Source: Allobranchiibius huperziae
GTDB lineage: Bacteria > Actinomycetota > Actinomycetes > Actinomycetales > Dermatophilaceae
DNA: 64,000 nucleotides
Direction: 5' to 3'
Assembly (NCBI RefSeq): GCF_013410455.1
Contig: NZ_JACCFW010000001.1
Location: forward strand, 324,929 to 388,928
Shown: positions 22,809 through 33,986 of the stretch, piece after piece
Position numbering within the stretch: the first letter of the stretch is position 1
Layout: each line of letters begins with the position of its first letter
Notes under the pieces: model-generated
What the model was told of the DNA's origin: nothing
Seen by the model: only the letters and a program-made list of their open reading frames with translations
The model's database searches: none
Made by a program: the position numbers and the translations under genes

Positions 22809-23849
22809 CTACATCTGCGGAGGTATGTCGGACGAGCCGCGGGACGCGGAACGCTCGCGGTACGCCGCGACCGCGGCCGCGCTGTCCTCGGCCATCAGGT
22901 CCATGTGGATGGCGGCCCCTGCTGCCGAGCCGGCCGAGGCGGAGGTGACGACCTGGGCCATGAGATTCGCCAGGTTGCCGGCCGCCCACACACCGGGAGT
23001 CCCGGTCAGTCCCGTCGGGTCGGTGGGCACGTAGGTACCCACCGACACCCCGCCCATGTCCAAGTCGCTCGTCCGTAGGTCGAGATCCGCCAGCAGATCG
23101 CCGCGACCGCGCACGAACGGAGCCACCGCGAGTGCTTCGCGGGCCACGACGTCCCCGGTGGCCAGGCGCACTCCCGTCAGGGCGTCGTCAGCGGTCTCGA
23201 CGCGCTCGACGGAGCCCACCACATGAGGCACCGAGAGGGCCGCCAGCAGCTCCAGCTGCTCCTCGGTGGGGTCCGGTGCGGTGTGCTGGAAGTAGACGAC
23301 ATCGTCTGTGAGGGTGCGGAAGAGCTGTACCGCGTGCAGCGCGGTCGGACCGGATCCGATCACACCGATCGCCTGGTCGCGTACCTCCCATCCGTGGCAG
23401 AACGGGCAGTGCAGCACGTCTCTGCCCCACCGCTCCCGCAGGCCGGCGATATCGGGCAGTACGTCCACGACGCCCGTGGCCAGGAGCAGTCTGCGGGCCG
23501 ACACGGTCCTGGTGCCGCAGTCCTGCACGTCGATGGTGACGGTGAAGCGCGGACCACCCGCCCCCGACTGTGGCACGACCGCAGCCGAGACGGCCGTGCC
23601 GTTGACGATCTGCACCCCGTATCCCGCTGCCTCGGCGCGTCCGATCTCACCGAGCCGGGCCGGTGCCGTGCCCTCGGCGTAGAGGTAGTTGTGCACTCCC
23701 TCGGCCGGACCGTTGCGCGGAGCGCCGGCATCGACCAGCAGGACCGTACGCCGGGCGCGCGCCGCGATCTTGGCACCGCTCAGCCCTGCGGCTCCGCCAC
23801 CGACCACAACGAGGTCGAGGACATCGGTCTGATCGAAGGCTGCGGTCAC
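22809..23849 (-). CDS. thioredoxin-reductase-like NAD(P)/FAD-dependent oxidoreductase
   Basis: FAD fold VVVGGGAAG, redox-disulfide motif CPFCHGWE, and a second Rossmann fold GVIGSGPTA. GTG start (VTAAFDQ). Confidence 0.75.
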   Translation of the reverse strand: MTAAFDQTDVLDLVVVGGGAAGLSGAKIAARARRTVLLVDAGAPRNGPAEGVHNYLYAEGTAPARLGEIGRAEAAGYGVQIVNGTAVSAAVVPQSGAGGPRFTVTIDVQDCGTRTVSARRLLLATGVVDVLPDIAGLRERWGRDVLHCPFCHGWEVRDQAIGVIGSGPTALHAVQLFRTLTDDVVYFQHTAPDPTEEQLELLAALSVPHVVGSVERVETADDALTGVRLATGDVVAREALAVAPFVRGRGDLLADLDLRTSDLDMGGVSVGTYVPTDPTGLTGTPGVWAAGNLANLMAQVVTSASAGSAAGAAIHMDLMAEDSAAAVAAYRERSASRGSSDIPPQM

Positions 23850-24022
23850 GCGGGGACTCCTCGACGAAGGGTGCCGGAGCGGGTGTCGCATCCGGTATCG
23901 CCAGCATGGAAGCCGCCCGGCCGTAAGAGCAAGGTGGTTTGCCACTACGGCAAAGACCAGAGCGCGCCCCGTCATCCCTTGGCGCCGTTGCTCGCGACGC
24001 CGCGGCGACCTGACGTGCAGCG

Positions 24023-24670
24023 TCAGAGCAGGCCGTGCTCGTAGGCGTAGACCACCAGTTGCACGCGGTCGCGCAGCTGCAGTTTGGCCAGGATCCGGGA
24101 GACGTGCGTCTTGACGGTCGCCTCGGACAGTGTTTCAGCAGAGGCGATCTCGGCGTTCGACAGACCGGTGGCCGCCCGCAGCAGGATCTCCCGCTCGCGG
24201 GCGGTGAGGGCGTCGTACTCCGGGCCGGGGGCGGCGGCCGTCCGGGTCTTGAACCGGTCGAAGAGAGAGCGCGTGGCACCCGCCGCGACCACCTGGCTGC
24301 CGTCCGCCACGGCACGGATGGCCGCGAGCAGCAGCTCCGGCTGGGTGTCCTTGAGGATGAAACCACTCGCGCCGGCGTCGATCGCGTCGGCCGCGGACTC
24401 GTCGAGGTCGAAGGTGGTCAGCACCAGCACCCGCGGGGTCTGCTCGGTGGCGTTCGCACGGATGCGCCGGGTCGCAGCGACTCCATCGACTCGGGGCATC
24501 CGCACGTCCATCAGCACCACGTCAGGCCGGGTACGTCGGACGAGGTCGATCGCGCCCGCGCCGTCACCCGCTTCGCCGACCAGCTCCAGGTCCGGCTGGC
24601 TGCGCACCACCATGGCGATGCCGGCCCGGAACAGCACCTGGTCGTCGACCAGTGCGACCTTGATGGTCAC
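24023..24670 (-). CDS. two-component response regulator, NarL/LuxR family
   Basis: Receiver domain (LVDDQ...D in VLMDVRMP) plus LuxR HTH (LTAREREILLRAATGLSNAEIA). Confidence 0.9.
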   Translation of the reverse strand: MTIKVALVDDQVLFRAGIAMVVRSQPDLELVGEAGDGAGAIDLVRRTRPDVVLMDVRMPRVDGVAATRRIRANATEQTPRVLVLTTFDLDESAADAIDAGASGFILKDTQPELLLAAIRAVADGSQVVAAGATRSLFDRFKTRTAAAPGPEYDALTAREREILLRAATGLSNAEIASAETLSEATVKTHVSRILAKLQLRDRVQLVVYAYEHGLL

Positions 24671-25845
24671 CGGCTCTCCTTCTGCTGTGCCGGGATGTGC
24701 GCCACGACCCGGTGCACGCCGCCTGAATGGTCGATGGTGAGCGTGCCGCCGGCGAGGCCGGCGCGTTCGGACATCCCGATGATGCCGTGGCCGGTCTGCG
24801 AAGGGGGACCGGCGTCAGGGCGGATCGCGTTGGAGACGCGCAATCGGTAGTCGTTCGACCAGTCCTGCTCCACCAGTACGGGGCGGGACAGATCTCCGTG
24901 CTTGAGCGCGTTCGTCAGGCACTCGCTGAGGATCCGATAGGCCGTCAACGCGATGAGCTCCGAGGGCCGGCGCACGCCCGTCTCGCGCACCTCGAGCCGC
25001 ATCCCGGAGGCCCGCATGCGCTCGAACAGGTCCTCCTGCTGGCCGTAGCCGAGCCGGGCGCCGGGCGCCTCGCGGTTGCGCAGCTCGGTGAGGATGGTGC
25101 GCACGTCGGCCATCGCCGACCGGGCCGTCTCCCCGATGACCTCCAGGGCCCGTTCGGCCTCCTCCGGAGAGGACTTCATCGTGTACCGCGCACCGTCCGA
25201 CTGCGCCGCCACCACGGCCCACGAGTGCGCCACCACATCGTGCATATCGGCGGCGATCCGCGCCCGTTCCTGCTGTTGGTCCAGCGCCTCGGCCAGACGC
25301 AGCCGCTCGGACTCCTCCAGCCGGGCGTCGATCCGGGCCTGCACCCTCTGCCGGCTCTGGAAACGCAGGAACCCGACGATCCAGCCGCCTCCGCAGACCA
25401 CGGCGGCCGACATGGCGATCGCGAGGACCGCGACAGGTTCGAGACCGAGCCGGGTGCCGCTGCCGAAACGCATGAGCGGGGCGGCGATGCCGGCCACCAC
25501 GGGGGCGACGGCCGAACCGACGAGACCTGTGCGACGGAACACCGCACGACGGTCCGCGCCGAGTGTGAAGTAGAGGGGCGCGTACGCCAGGTCGGCGAGC
25601 GGGACGAGCTCCGCTCTCCCCAACTGGATGACAGCTCCCAGCACCGCGAAGCCGATCATGAGCGGCAGGGACAGTCGGCGGGTCACCAGGGCGAGGGCCA
25701 GCACAACGACCGTGGCCCACGCCGAGGCGCCGTAGGTGCCGGCTGCGGCCGCGCAGACGACGACGAAGAGGGCGGCCGTCAGGAGGTCGGCCTGCACGCG
25801 CCGTGGAGACACCCCGCCGTCTCCCCACACGTCGGCCGTGCTCAT
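24667..25845 (-). CDS. sensor histidine kinase (HisKA_3, NarX/DesK-like)
   Basis: N-terminal TM segments, H-box (ARIAADMHDVVAHS) and HATPase domain. Overlaps the regulator gene. Confidence 0.85.
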   Translation of the reverse strand: MSTADVWGDGGVSPRRVQADLLTAALFVVVCAAAAGTYGASAWATVVVLALALVTRRLSLPLMIGFAVLGAVIQLGRAELVPLADLAYAPLYFTLGADRRAVFRRTGLVGSAVAPVVAGIAAPLMRFGSGTRLGLEPVAVLAIAMSAAVVCGGGWIVGFLRFQSRQRVQARIDARLEESERLRLAEALDQQQERARIAADMHDVVAHSWAVVAAQSDGARYTMKSSPEEAERALEVIGETARSAMADVRTILTELRNREAPGARLGYGQQEDLFERMRASGMRLEVRETGVRRPSELIALTAYRILSECLTNALKHGDLSRPVLVEQDWSNDYRLRVSNAIRPDAGPPSQTGHGIIGMSERAGLAGGTLTIDHSGGVHRVVAHIPAQQKESR

Positions 25846-25985
25846 GGATCGCTTCCCGTTCCTCGATGGTCTCGGCACGACGCGGTCGCCGTGCGAGGTA
25901 CGACCGTACGCGAGCAGCGTGGTGGGGCACCCGGGTCGGCGCACCGGGTTAGCGTGTGCGGATGGGGACCTGGGACGCCGGTGTG

Positions 25986-27899
25986 ATGTATCGATCGAGC
26001 CGTCGGGCGGTGCTGGCGGCGGGGGTCGTCGTGCCGGTCACGGCGCTCGCGAGCTGCACCGGCTCCGGCAGCGGTGGTGACGGATCGAAGGACGCCGCCG
26101 CGAAGCTGGCCGCGGCGCTGCAGTCGGGACATTTCACGGGCAGCCCGGTCACCGGGCAGGACGTCGACACGTCGTACGCCGCGGTCGTCCGCGGGCTGGG
26201 CGCCACCGCGCACACCGTGCAGGTCGTCAAAACCGTTGCAGGAGCTGCGAAGTCGTCGAAGACGGTGACGCTCGCGACGCAGTGGACGCTCGCCGGCGGC
26301 CGTCGATGGTCCTACGAGCAGCAGGTCACCATGACGTCTGCGGACAAGAAGTGGACGACGCCGTGGTCCTCCACCCTGGTCCATCCGCAGCTGCGCACGG
26401 GCGAGCACCTGACGGCGGCATCGGTCGCGCAGGATCGCGGCGACATCACCGACGACAACGGCGACGCCATCGTGACCTACCGGCCCGTCTACCGGGTCGG
26501 CATCGACAAGACCAAGACGGCTGCCGCGACCGCGACGGCCTCGGCGACGAAACTCGCTGCGGTCGTCGGCGTGGACGCCGCGTCGTACGCGAAGAGTGTC
26601 GCGGCGAGCGGTCCCTCGGCGTTCGTCGAGGCCATCGTGCTGCGGACGCAGGCAGTGTCGGCCGCGGAGCAGTCCCGGATCCGGGCGATCCCGGGGGCGG
26701 TGTTGATCTCCGACCGGCGCCCGCTCGCGCCGTCCGCGACCTTCGCCCGCGCGGTGCTCGGCACAGTCGGCCCGGCGACCGCGGAGATCATCAAGGACAG
26801 CAAGGGCACCAAGGACCCGGTGACCGCGACCGACCTGGTGGGCATCGGCGGCCTGCAGCAGCAGTACGACGCGCAGCTGCGGGGGACCGCCGCGTTGCAG
26901 ATCAGCGCTGTGCTGCCGGGCGCCAGCGGTCCGCAGTCGGTGCGCACCCTCGCCTCGCTCGGCGCGGTCGCGCCGAGGCCGCTCCGGACCACGCTGCGTC
27001 AGGACCTGCAGTCCACTGCGGAGTCACTGCTGCAGGGCCAGAAGAGCCCGTCGGCACTGGTGGCGATCCGACCGTCCACCGGCGAGGTGCTGGTCGCGGC
27101 GTCCGGCGCGGGCTCGCAGGGATACGACACGGCGTTCCTCGGCCGCTACGCCCCGGGGTCGACCTTCAAGGTGGTCTCGTCGCTGGCGCTGCTGCGGTCC
27201 GGGCTGAAGATCACCGACACGGTCGACTGCACCCCGACGATCTCGGTGCAGGGCCGGATCGTGAAGAACTTCCCGGACTATCCCAAGGACAAGCTCGGGA
27301 TGATCCCCTTCAAGACCGCTGTGGCCAACTCGTGCAACACCGTGATGATCCGCGGAGCCGACCGGGCGTCGCAGAGTTCCCTTGCGGTGGCTGCGGATTC
27401 GCTCGGCCTGACGCAGAACCCGTCCGACGGTCCGTTCTTCGGCAGCGTGCCGCCCGGGGACACCGGAGCCGACCATCAGGTGTCGATGATCGGTCAGGGC
27501 AAGGTGCTCGCCTCACCGCTCGGGATGGCGACCGTCGCAGCCTCGGTCGCGCACGGCGCTCGCGTCACGCCGTTCCTGCTGCCCGACCACAAACCGACCG
27601 TGTCCAAGCAGCCGACCACTCCGCTCACGGCTGCGGAGACGACGTCCCTGCGCGCGCTGATGCGCGCCGTGGTGACCGAGGGCGGCGCGACGGGCCTGCA
27701 GTCGGTGCCCGGTGGGCCGGTGATGGCCAAGACCGGCACGGCCGAGTACGGCACCGGCAACCCGCCGCAGACCCACTCGTGGATGATCGCGATCCAGGGC
27801 GACCTCGCGATCGCCGTCTTCGTCGAGACCGGCGGCTACGGCGGCGTGACCTGCCTGCCGATCGTGAAGAGCTTCCTCACCGCGGCTGGGAGGGCATGA
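25986..27899 (+). CDS. penicillin-binding lipoprotein (NTF2-like domain plus transpeptidase)
   Basis: Lipobox LASC. Transpeptidase motifs STFK, SCN, KTGT. Start taken at MYRSS (alternative 25956). Confidence 0.8.
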   Translation: MYRSSRRAVLAAGVVVPVTALASCTGSGSGGDGSKDAAAKLAAALQSGHFTGSPVTGQDVDTSYAAVVRGLGATAHTVQVVKTVAGAAKSSKTVTLATQWTLAGGRRWSYEQQVTMTSADKKWTTPWSSTLVHPQLRTGEHLTAASVAQDRGDITDDNGDAIVTYRPVYRVGIDKTKTAAATATASATKLAAVVGVDAASYAKSVAASGPSAFVEAIVLRTQAVSAAEQSRIRAIPGAVLISDRRPLAPSATFARAVLGTVGPATAEIIKDSKGTKDPVTATDLVGIGGLQQQYDAQLRGTAALQISAVLPGASGPQSVRTLASLGAVAPRPLRTTLRQDLQSTAESLLQGQKSPSALVAIRPSTGEVLVAASGAGSQGYDTAFLGRYAPGSTFKVVSSLALLRSGLKITDTVDCTPTISVQGRIVKNFPDYPKDKLGMIPFKTAVANSCNTVMIRGADRASQSSLAVAADSLGLTQNPSDGPFFGSVPPGDTGADHQVSMIGQGKVLASPLGMATVAASVAHGARVTPFLLPDHKPTVSKQPTTPLTAAETTSLRALMRAVVTEGGATGLQSVPGGPVMAKTGTAEYGTGNPPQTHSWMIAIQGDLAIAVFVETGGYGGVTCLPIVKSFLTAAGRA

Positions 27900-27917
27900 C
27901 CGGCGACCATTAGGGTT

Positions 27918-29405
27918 TTGCGCGTGCTCCATAACCTTCGCTTACCTGCCGGTCGATGGCTGGGCGCGCTGATCGTCCTCCTCTTCGGGGCGATGGTGGC
28001 TCTGCCCGCGGCAGGAGCCGCCACGTCTGGCGGTCACCCACAGAGTGTCGGGCGGGCCTCGACGGCATCGGTTCCCAAGGTGCTGCGGGTCGGCACCGAG
28101 GGCACCTACCCGCCGTTCGATTTCAACCAGGACGGAAAGCTCACCGGCTTCGACGTCGAGGTGGTGCAGCAGATTGCCCAGCGCCTGGGTGTGAAGGTGC
28201 AGTTCGTCCAGGTGCCCTTCGACTCCCTCTTCGCGGCTCTCAGGGCCGGGCGCATCGACATGATCGCCGACCAGATCACCATCAACACCGAGCGGCAGTC
28301 CCTCTACGACCTGTCCTCGCCGTACGTCGACACCACCGGGGTCATCGTCACCCGCAAGAGCGAGAACGACATCCACTCCCTCGCGGACATCAAGGGCCGG
28401 AAGGCCGCCGAGAGCAGCACCAGCAACTGGGGCGACATCGCCCGCAAGGCGGGCGCCAGCATCCAGACGGTGGAGGGGCTCGATCAATCGCTGAAGTTGT
28501 TGCAGGAGAAGCGCATCGACGTGCTGGTCAACGACCAGCTGGCCGTCAAGTACGCCCTGCGCGTCACAGGCGCGAACGATCTGAAGATCGTCGGCACGAC
28601 GTCCGATGCGAGCCAGTCGGCGTTCGCGGCCCGCAAGGGCAGCGGGTTCATGACCCAGATCGACTCCCAGATCGCGGCCATGAAGGCCGACGGCAGCCTG
28701 AAGAAGACCTACGACAAGTACTTCACGGTCGCGCCGAAGGTGCCGAGCACCTGGGACACCATCCGCACCAACCTGGTGCCGATGCTGAAGAGCCTGGTGA
28801 CCGGCACCCTGCCGCTCACCGCGATCAGCTTCGTGGTCGGGCTGGTCATCGCGCTCGGCGTGGCCATGGCCCGGATGTCCAACCGGCTGGTGCTGTCCGG
28901 TGTCGCCCGCGCGTACATCGGACTGATCCGCGGCACACCGCTGCTGGTGCAGCTGTTCATCATCTTCTTCGGCCTGCCCGAGCTCGGTGTGAAGTTCAAC
29001 CCGTTCCCCGCGGCGGTGATCGCCTTCAGCCTCAACGTCGGCGGGTATGCCGCCGAGACGATCCGAGCCGCCATCCAGAGCATCCCGCGCGGGCAGTGGG
29101 AGGCAGCGTCGACCGTTGGGATGGACTATCGGACGTCGTTACGGCGGGTGATCATCCCGCAGGCTGCCCGGACCGCCGTACCCCCGCTGTCCAACGAGCT
29201 CATCTCGCTGGTCAAGGACACGTCACTGGCATCCACGATCCTGGTGACCGAGGTCTTCCGCAGGGCGCAGACCGCCGCAGCGACGAGTGGGAAGTATCTG
29301 GAGCTCTACTCCACGGCGGCGGTCTACTACCTGGTGGTCTGCCTGATCCTGGCGTTCATCCAGGACAGACTCGAAGGACGACTGGGCAGGTTCGTGGCGC
29401 GATGA
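27918..29405 (+). CDS. polar amino-acid ABC transporter, substrate-binding domain fused to permease
   Basis: Signal peptide, then a type-2 periplasmic binding-protein domain (about residues 50-270), then a HisM/GlnP-type permease containing the EAA loop (AAETIRAAIQSIPRGQWEA). Confidence 0.85.
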   Translation: MRVLHNLRLPAGRWLGALIVLLFGAMVALPAAGAATSGGHPQSVGRASTASVPKVLRVGTEGTYPPFDFNQDGKLTGFDVEVVQQIAQRLGVKVQFVQVPFDSLFAALRAGRIDMIADQITINTERQSLYDLSSPYVDTTGVIVTRKSENDIHSLADIKGRKAAESSTSNWGDIARKAGASIQTVEGLDQSLKLLQEKRIDVLVNDQLAVKYALRVTGANDLKIVGTTSDASQSAFAARKGSGFMTQIDSQIAAMKADGSLKKTYDKYFTVAPKVPSTWDTIRTNLVPMLKSLVTGTLPLTAISFVVGLVIALGVAMARMSNRLVLSGVARAYIGLIRGTPLLVQLFIIFFGLPELGVKFNPFPAAVIAFSLNVGGYAAETIRAAIQSIPRGQWEAASTVGMDYRTSLRRVIIPQAARTAVPPLSNELISLVKDTSLASTILVTEVFRRAQTAAATSGKYLELYSTAAVYYLVVCLILAFIQDRLEGRLGRFVAR

Positions 29406-30184
29406 GTGATCTGGTGCAGGTCAGCGGACTGGCCAAGTCGTTCGGCGACCACATGGTGCTCAAGGACATCGCCCTCAGGGTGCCCGCGGGATCTGTGACG
29501 GTGGTGCTGGGACCGTCAGGTTCCGGCAAGACCACGCTGCTGCGGGCACTCAACGCGCTGGAGATCCCCGACTCCGGCACGGTCCGGATCGCCGACGTGG
29601 AGGTGGACTTCTCCAAGATCACCCCCGGTCGCGGCGGGCGGGTGCCGAAGCAGCAGGCACGGCTGCTGGCCCGGTACCGCGCACAGAGCGGGATGGTCTT
29701 CCAGAGTCACAACCTGTTCCCTCACCGCACGGTGCTGCAGAACCTCACCGAGGGTCCTGTCGTGGTGCAGAAGCGGCCGACGGCCGAGGCGACGGCGGCG
29801 GCCCGGGAGCTGCTGGCGAAGGTGGGTCTCGCCGATCAGGCCGACAAGCACCCCTTCCAGCTGTCCGGCGGGCAGCAGCAGCGGGTCGGCATCGCCCGCG
29901 CGCTGGCGTTGCGTCCGGAGCTGCTGCTCTTCGACGAGCCCACCTCGGCCCTCGACCCCGAGCTGGTGGGTGACGTGCTCGGCGTGATGCGCGACCTCGC
30001 GCAGGAGGGCCGCACGATGATCGTGGTGACCCACGAGGTGCGCTTCGCCCAGCAGGTCGCCGACCAGGTGCTCTTCATCGACGGCGGCAGCGTCGTGGAG
30101 TCCGGCCCGCCGAGTCAGGTCATCGCCGATCCTCAGCAGGAGCGCACCCGCACCTTCCTGCGCCGCATCCTCGACCCGCTCTGA
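29402..30184 (+). CDS. amino-acid ABC transporter ATP-binding protein
   Basis: Walker A GPSGSGKTT, LSGGQQQRVGIARAL, LLLFDEPTSALD. ATG overlaps the permease stop. The track ORF 27956..30184 has a spurious N-terminal extension. Confidence 0.9.
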   Translation: MSDLVQVSGLAKSFGDHMVLKDIALRVPAGSVTVVLGPSGSGKTTLLRALNALEIPDSGTVRIADVEVDFSKITPGRGGRVPKQQARLLARYRAQSGMVFQSHNLFPHRTVLQNLTEGPVVVQKRPTAEATAAARELLAKVGLADQADKHPFQLSGGQQQRVGIARALALRPELLLFDEPTSALDPELVGDVLGVMRDLAQEGRTMIVVTHEVRFAQQVADQVLFIDGGSVVESGPPSQVIADPQQERTRTFLRRILDPL

Positions 30185-30205
30185 CCCCTCGACGGAGCGT
30201 GAGGA

Positions 30206-31378
<1,173 letters not shown>

Positions 31379-31409
31379 CCCTCCATCATGACGCCCCGCG
31401 GAAGCGGCG

Positions 31410-32591
31410 TCAGACCTGCGGGCCCTGCTCGCGCCCTTCGATGCCCTTGGTGTCGGGGTTGGTCGCCGTGGCGCCGGTGCGCCCGGAGTCCTGCGACCGG
31501 TTGTTCTTGTCGTGGTCGGAGCCGACGTCGCCCTTCAGCGCGTTGAAGATCGCCACACCCTGCCCGGCCAGACCGGTGACCAGGTCGGACAGCCCGTCCG
31601 AACCGTTGACGACCGTCATGTTCGCGCCCGCCAGTCCGGCGGCGGCCTTCTCGACGATCTGCGGCAGCTGCGCGATGAGCGCCTGGTCCAGTGCGACCCG
31701 GTTGCTGGAGGCTGCTGCTGCCGCCTGGATCTGCACCTTCTCGGCGTCCGCGCGCGCCAGGATCCGCACGCGCTCGGCGTCCGCCTCGGCCGGCTTGACC
31801 ACTTCGGCGACGAGCTGCTGCTGGCGCAGCTCGGCGTTGCGCTGGGCCAGCTCGGTCTGCGCGGCGATCACCTCGCGCTGGGCCTGCGCCTGCGCGAGGG
31901 GCCCGGCCTGAGCCGACTTCGCCTGTGCTGCCTGGGTTTCAGCGGTGTATCCGGCCTGGGTGACGGCGGTGTCGCGCTGGAACTGGGACTGCGCGCGCAG
32001 CGACTGCTGCTCGGCCTCGGCCGCGGCCTGGTTGGCGTTCGCCTGGGCGATCTGCGCCTGCTGCTGGATGCGCGCGTTGTGCGGCGCGGCCATCGCCTTG
32101 ATGTAGCCGAGTCCGCCGTCGTCGATGTTCTGGATCTGCAGCGCGTCGACGAGCAGACCCATCCGCGCCATCTCCTCCTTGGAGCCCTCGAGCACCTCGC
32201 CGGCGAGTTTCTGCCGCTCGGTGATGATCTCCTCGACGGTCATCGAGCCGATGATGCTGCGCAGGTGCCCGGCGAAGATCCGCCCGGTGAGCGTGGCCAT
32301 CTGGGTCTGGTCGGACAGGAAGCGCTGGCCGGCGTTCACGATCGAGTCGTTGTCGGAGCCGATCTTGGCGGCGATGACCGCCTTCACGGTGAGCGCGATG
32401 CCCTGCTTGGTGACGCAGGGCTCCTCGACCTCGGCCTCGAAGAGCGAGAGTGTGAGGAACTGCACCTTCCGGAAGACAGGCAGCACGAACGCGCCGTGGC
32501 CGGTGACGACGCGGAACGGGGACACGCCTGAGCCCTTGCCGCCCGAGATGAGCATGGCCTCGTCAGCGCGAGGGACCCGGTAACCGAACAT
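31410..32591 (-). CDS. SPFH/flotillin (band-7) family protein
   Basis: SPFH domain followed by a long Ala/Gln-rich coiled coil. Start taken at MFGYRVP. Confidence 0.8.
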   Translation of the reverse strand: MFGYRVPRADEAMLISGGKGSGVSPFRVVTGHGAFVLPVFRKVQFLTLSLFEAEVEEPCVTKQGIALTVKAVIAAKIGSDNDSIVNAGQRFLSDQTQMATLTGRIFAGHLRSIIGSMTVEEIITERQKLAGEVLEGSKEEMARMGLLVDALQIQNIDDGGLGYIKAMAAPHNARIQQQAQIAQANANQAAAEAEQQSLRAQSQFQRDTAVTQAGYTAETQAAQAKSAQAGPLAQAQAQREVIAAQTELAQRNAELRQQQLVAEVVKPAEADAERVRILARADAEKVQIQAAAAASSNRVALDQALIAQLPQIVEKAAAGLAGANMTVVNGSDGLSDLVTGLAGQGVAIFNALKGDVGSDHDKNNRSQDSGRTGATATNPDTKGIEGREQGPQV

Positions 32592-32656
32592 TTCTCTCCT
32601 TGATGAGTGGGTGGTACGCGCCGAACGTCGGCGAAGGATCGGGGGTGAGGGACCAT

Positions 32657-32896
32657 CTAGAGACGCAGCAAGGAATCCAGGCGTTCCCCCCAAGGGGCGA
32701 CCTCGACGGTGCGCGGCCCGATCTCGCCGGTGCAGACGACCTGCTGCCCGCGGCGCAGGGGTTCGGGGGAGCGCGCGATGAACGCCTCGGTGCCACCCCT
32801 GATGCGGAACACCGCTTCCCCCGGTCCGTCGTCACCCTGCGTCGCCACCGTGAGGTGGCCGATCAGGCCGACCGGCGACAGATCAGACGTGCTCAT
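32657..32896 (-). CDS. NfeD-like short protein (OB-fold partner of flotillin)
   Basis: About 80-aa ORF immediately upstream of the SPFH gene, matching the common NfeD-flotillin operon arrangement. Weak sequence signal. Confidence 0.5.
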   Translation of the reverse strand: MSTSDLSPVGLIGHLTVATQGDDGPGEAVFRIRGGTEAFIARSPEPLRRGQQVVCTGEIGPRTVEVAPWGERLDSLLRL

Positions 32897-33008
32897 CCGG
32901 ACTTCCCGATCGGGCGGCTCCCTCGGCCGCCGTACTCCGTGAAAACTACACCTGCGCACCGAAGTACGACGGCGTACCGGTCGATCGGGAGCACGACTGC
33001 GGCTGAGT

Positions 33009-33878
33009 TCAGGGGTTGCGCTGCGACCACGCGGCCCGGACGACGTCGGCGAGCGGAGTGACGGGTCGCCCGATCAGCTCGGCCAGGGCGTCGCTGTGGG
33101 TCTCCAGGTCGCCGTGGGCGATGGAGCTGTCGATGCTCGCGACGAACTCCGCGGTCCCTTCATCGAGGCCGTTGCTGCGCAGCACCGCGACGTACTCGGC
33201 CGCGGGGACGTCCCGGTAGGCGACGGTCTTGCCGGACACCTCGCTGATCACGGCGGCCAACTCGGACATGTCGAACGACGGCCCGCCCAGCTCGTAGGTG
33301 CGGTCGCCGGACTCGTCCTGCAGCAACGTGGCCACGGCCGCGACGGCGTAGTCCTGGCGGGCGGCCGCGGAGATCCGGCCGTCGCCCGCGGCGCCGACGA
33401 TCTCGCCGTGCTCGAGGTACTGGTCCAACTGCCGGGTGTAGTTCTCGTCGTACCACCCGTTGCGCAGCAGCACGACCGGCACGCCGGACGCGCGCAGCAG
33501 GCGCTCGGTCTCCTGGTGCTCGCCGGCCAGCGGGTTGGTGGTGTCGTCGGCGTTGAGGATGCTCGTGTAGACGATACGCGTCGCGCCGCCCGCCTTCGCC
33601 GCCTCGATGACGTTGGTGTGCTGGGGGATCCGCTGACCGGCGGTCGGACCCGAGATCATCAGCACACGGTCGGCGTCGTGCAGAGCGGCGGTCATGGTCT
33701 CCGACCGGTCGTAGTCGCCCTCGCGGACCTGGACCCCGCGGTCGGCGAGATCGGCTGCCTTGCTCGGTGTCCGGACGACGGCCACGACGTCCTGGGCCGC
33801 CACGCCCCGGGTGAGCAACTCCTCGACGGCGAGGCGCCCTAACTGGCCGCTGGCGGCGGTGACGGTGTACGTGGGCAT
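33009..33878 (-). CDS. NmrA-like / SDR-family NAD(P)H-binding oxidoreductase
   Basis: N-terminal Rossmann (VTAASGQLG) and NmrA-like architecture. About 289 aa. Confidence 0.75.
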   Translation of the reverse strand: MPTYTVTAASGQLGRLAVEELLTRGVAAQDVVAVVRTPSKAADLADRGVQVREGDYDRSETMTAALHDADRVLMISGPTAGQRIPQHTNVIEAAKAGGATRIVYTSILNADDTTNPLAGEHQETERLLRASGVPVVLLRNGWYDENYTRQLDQYLEHGEIVGAAGDGRISAAARQDYAVAAVATLLQDESGDRTYELGGPSFDMSELAAVISEVSGKTVAYRDVPAAEYVAVLRSNGLDEGTAEFVASIDSSIAHGDLETHSDALAELIGRPVTPLADVVRAAWSQRNP

Positions 33879-33986
33879 GGGGATCCTCCTGGTACGGAGC
33901 CTGGCCCGACGCGGGCGCGTCGTGTCTTCGGTGGCAACACCGCGGCGGGCTCGATCCATACCGCGCGACGTACGCCATTCGGGATG

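Noticed and set aside
27956-29401. N-terminal 480 aa of the 742-aa plus-strand ORF
   Set aside because: Out of frame with the well-supported SBP-permease gene. Only the portion from ATG 29402 (the ABC ATPase) is real.
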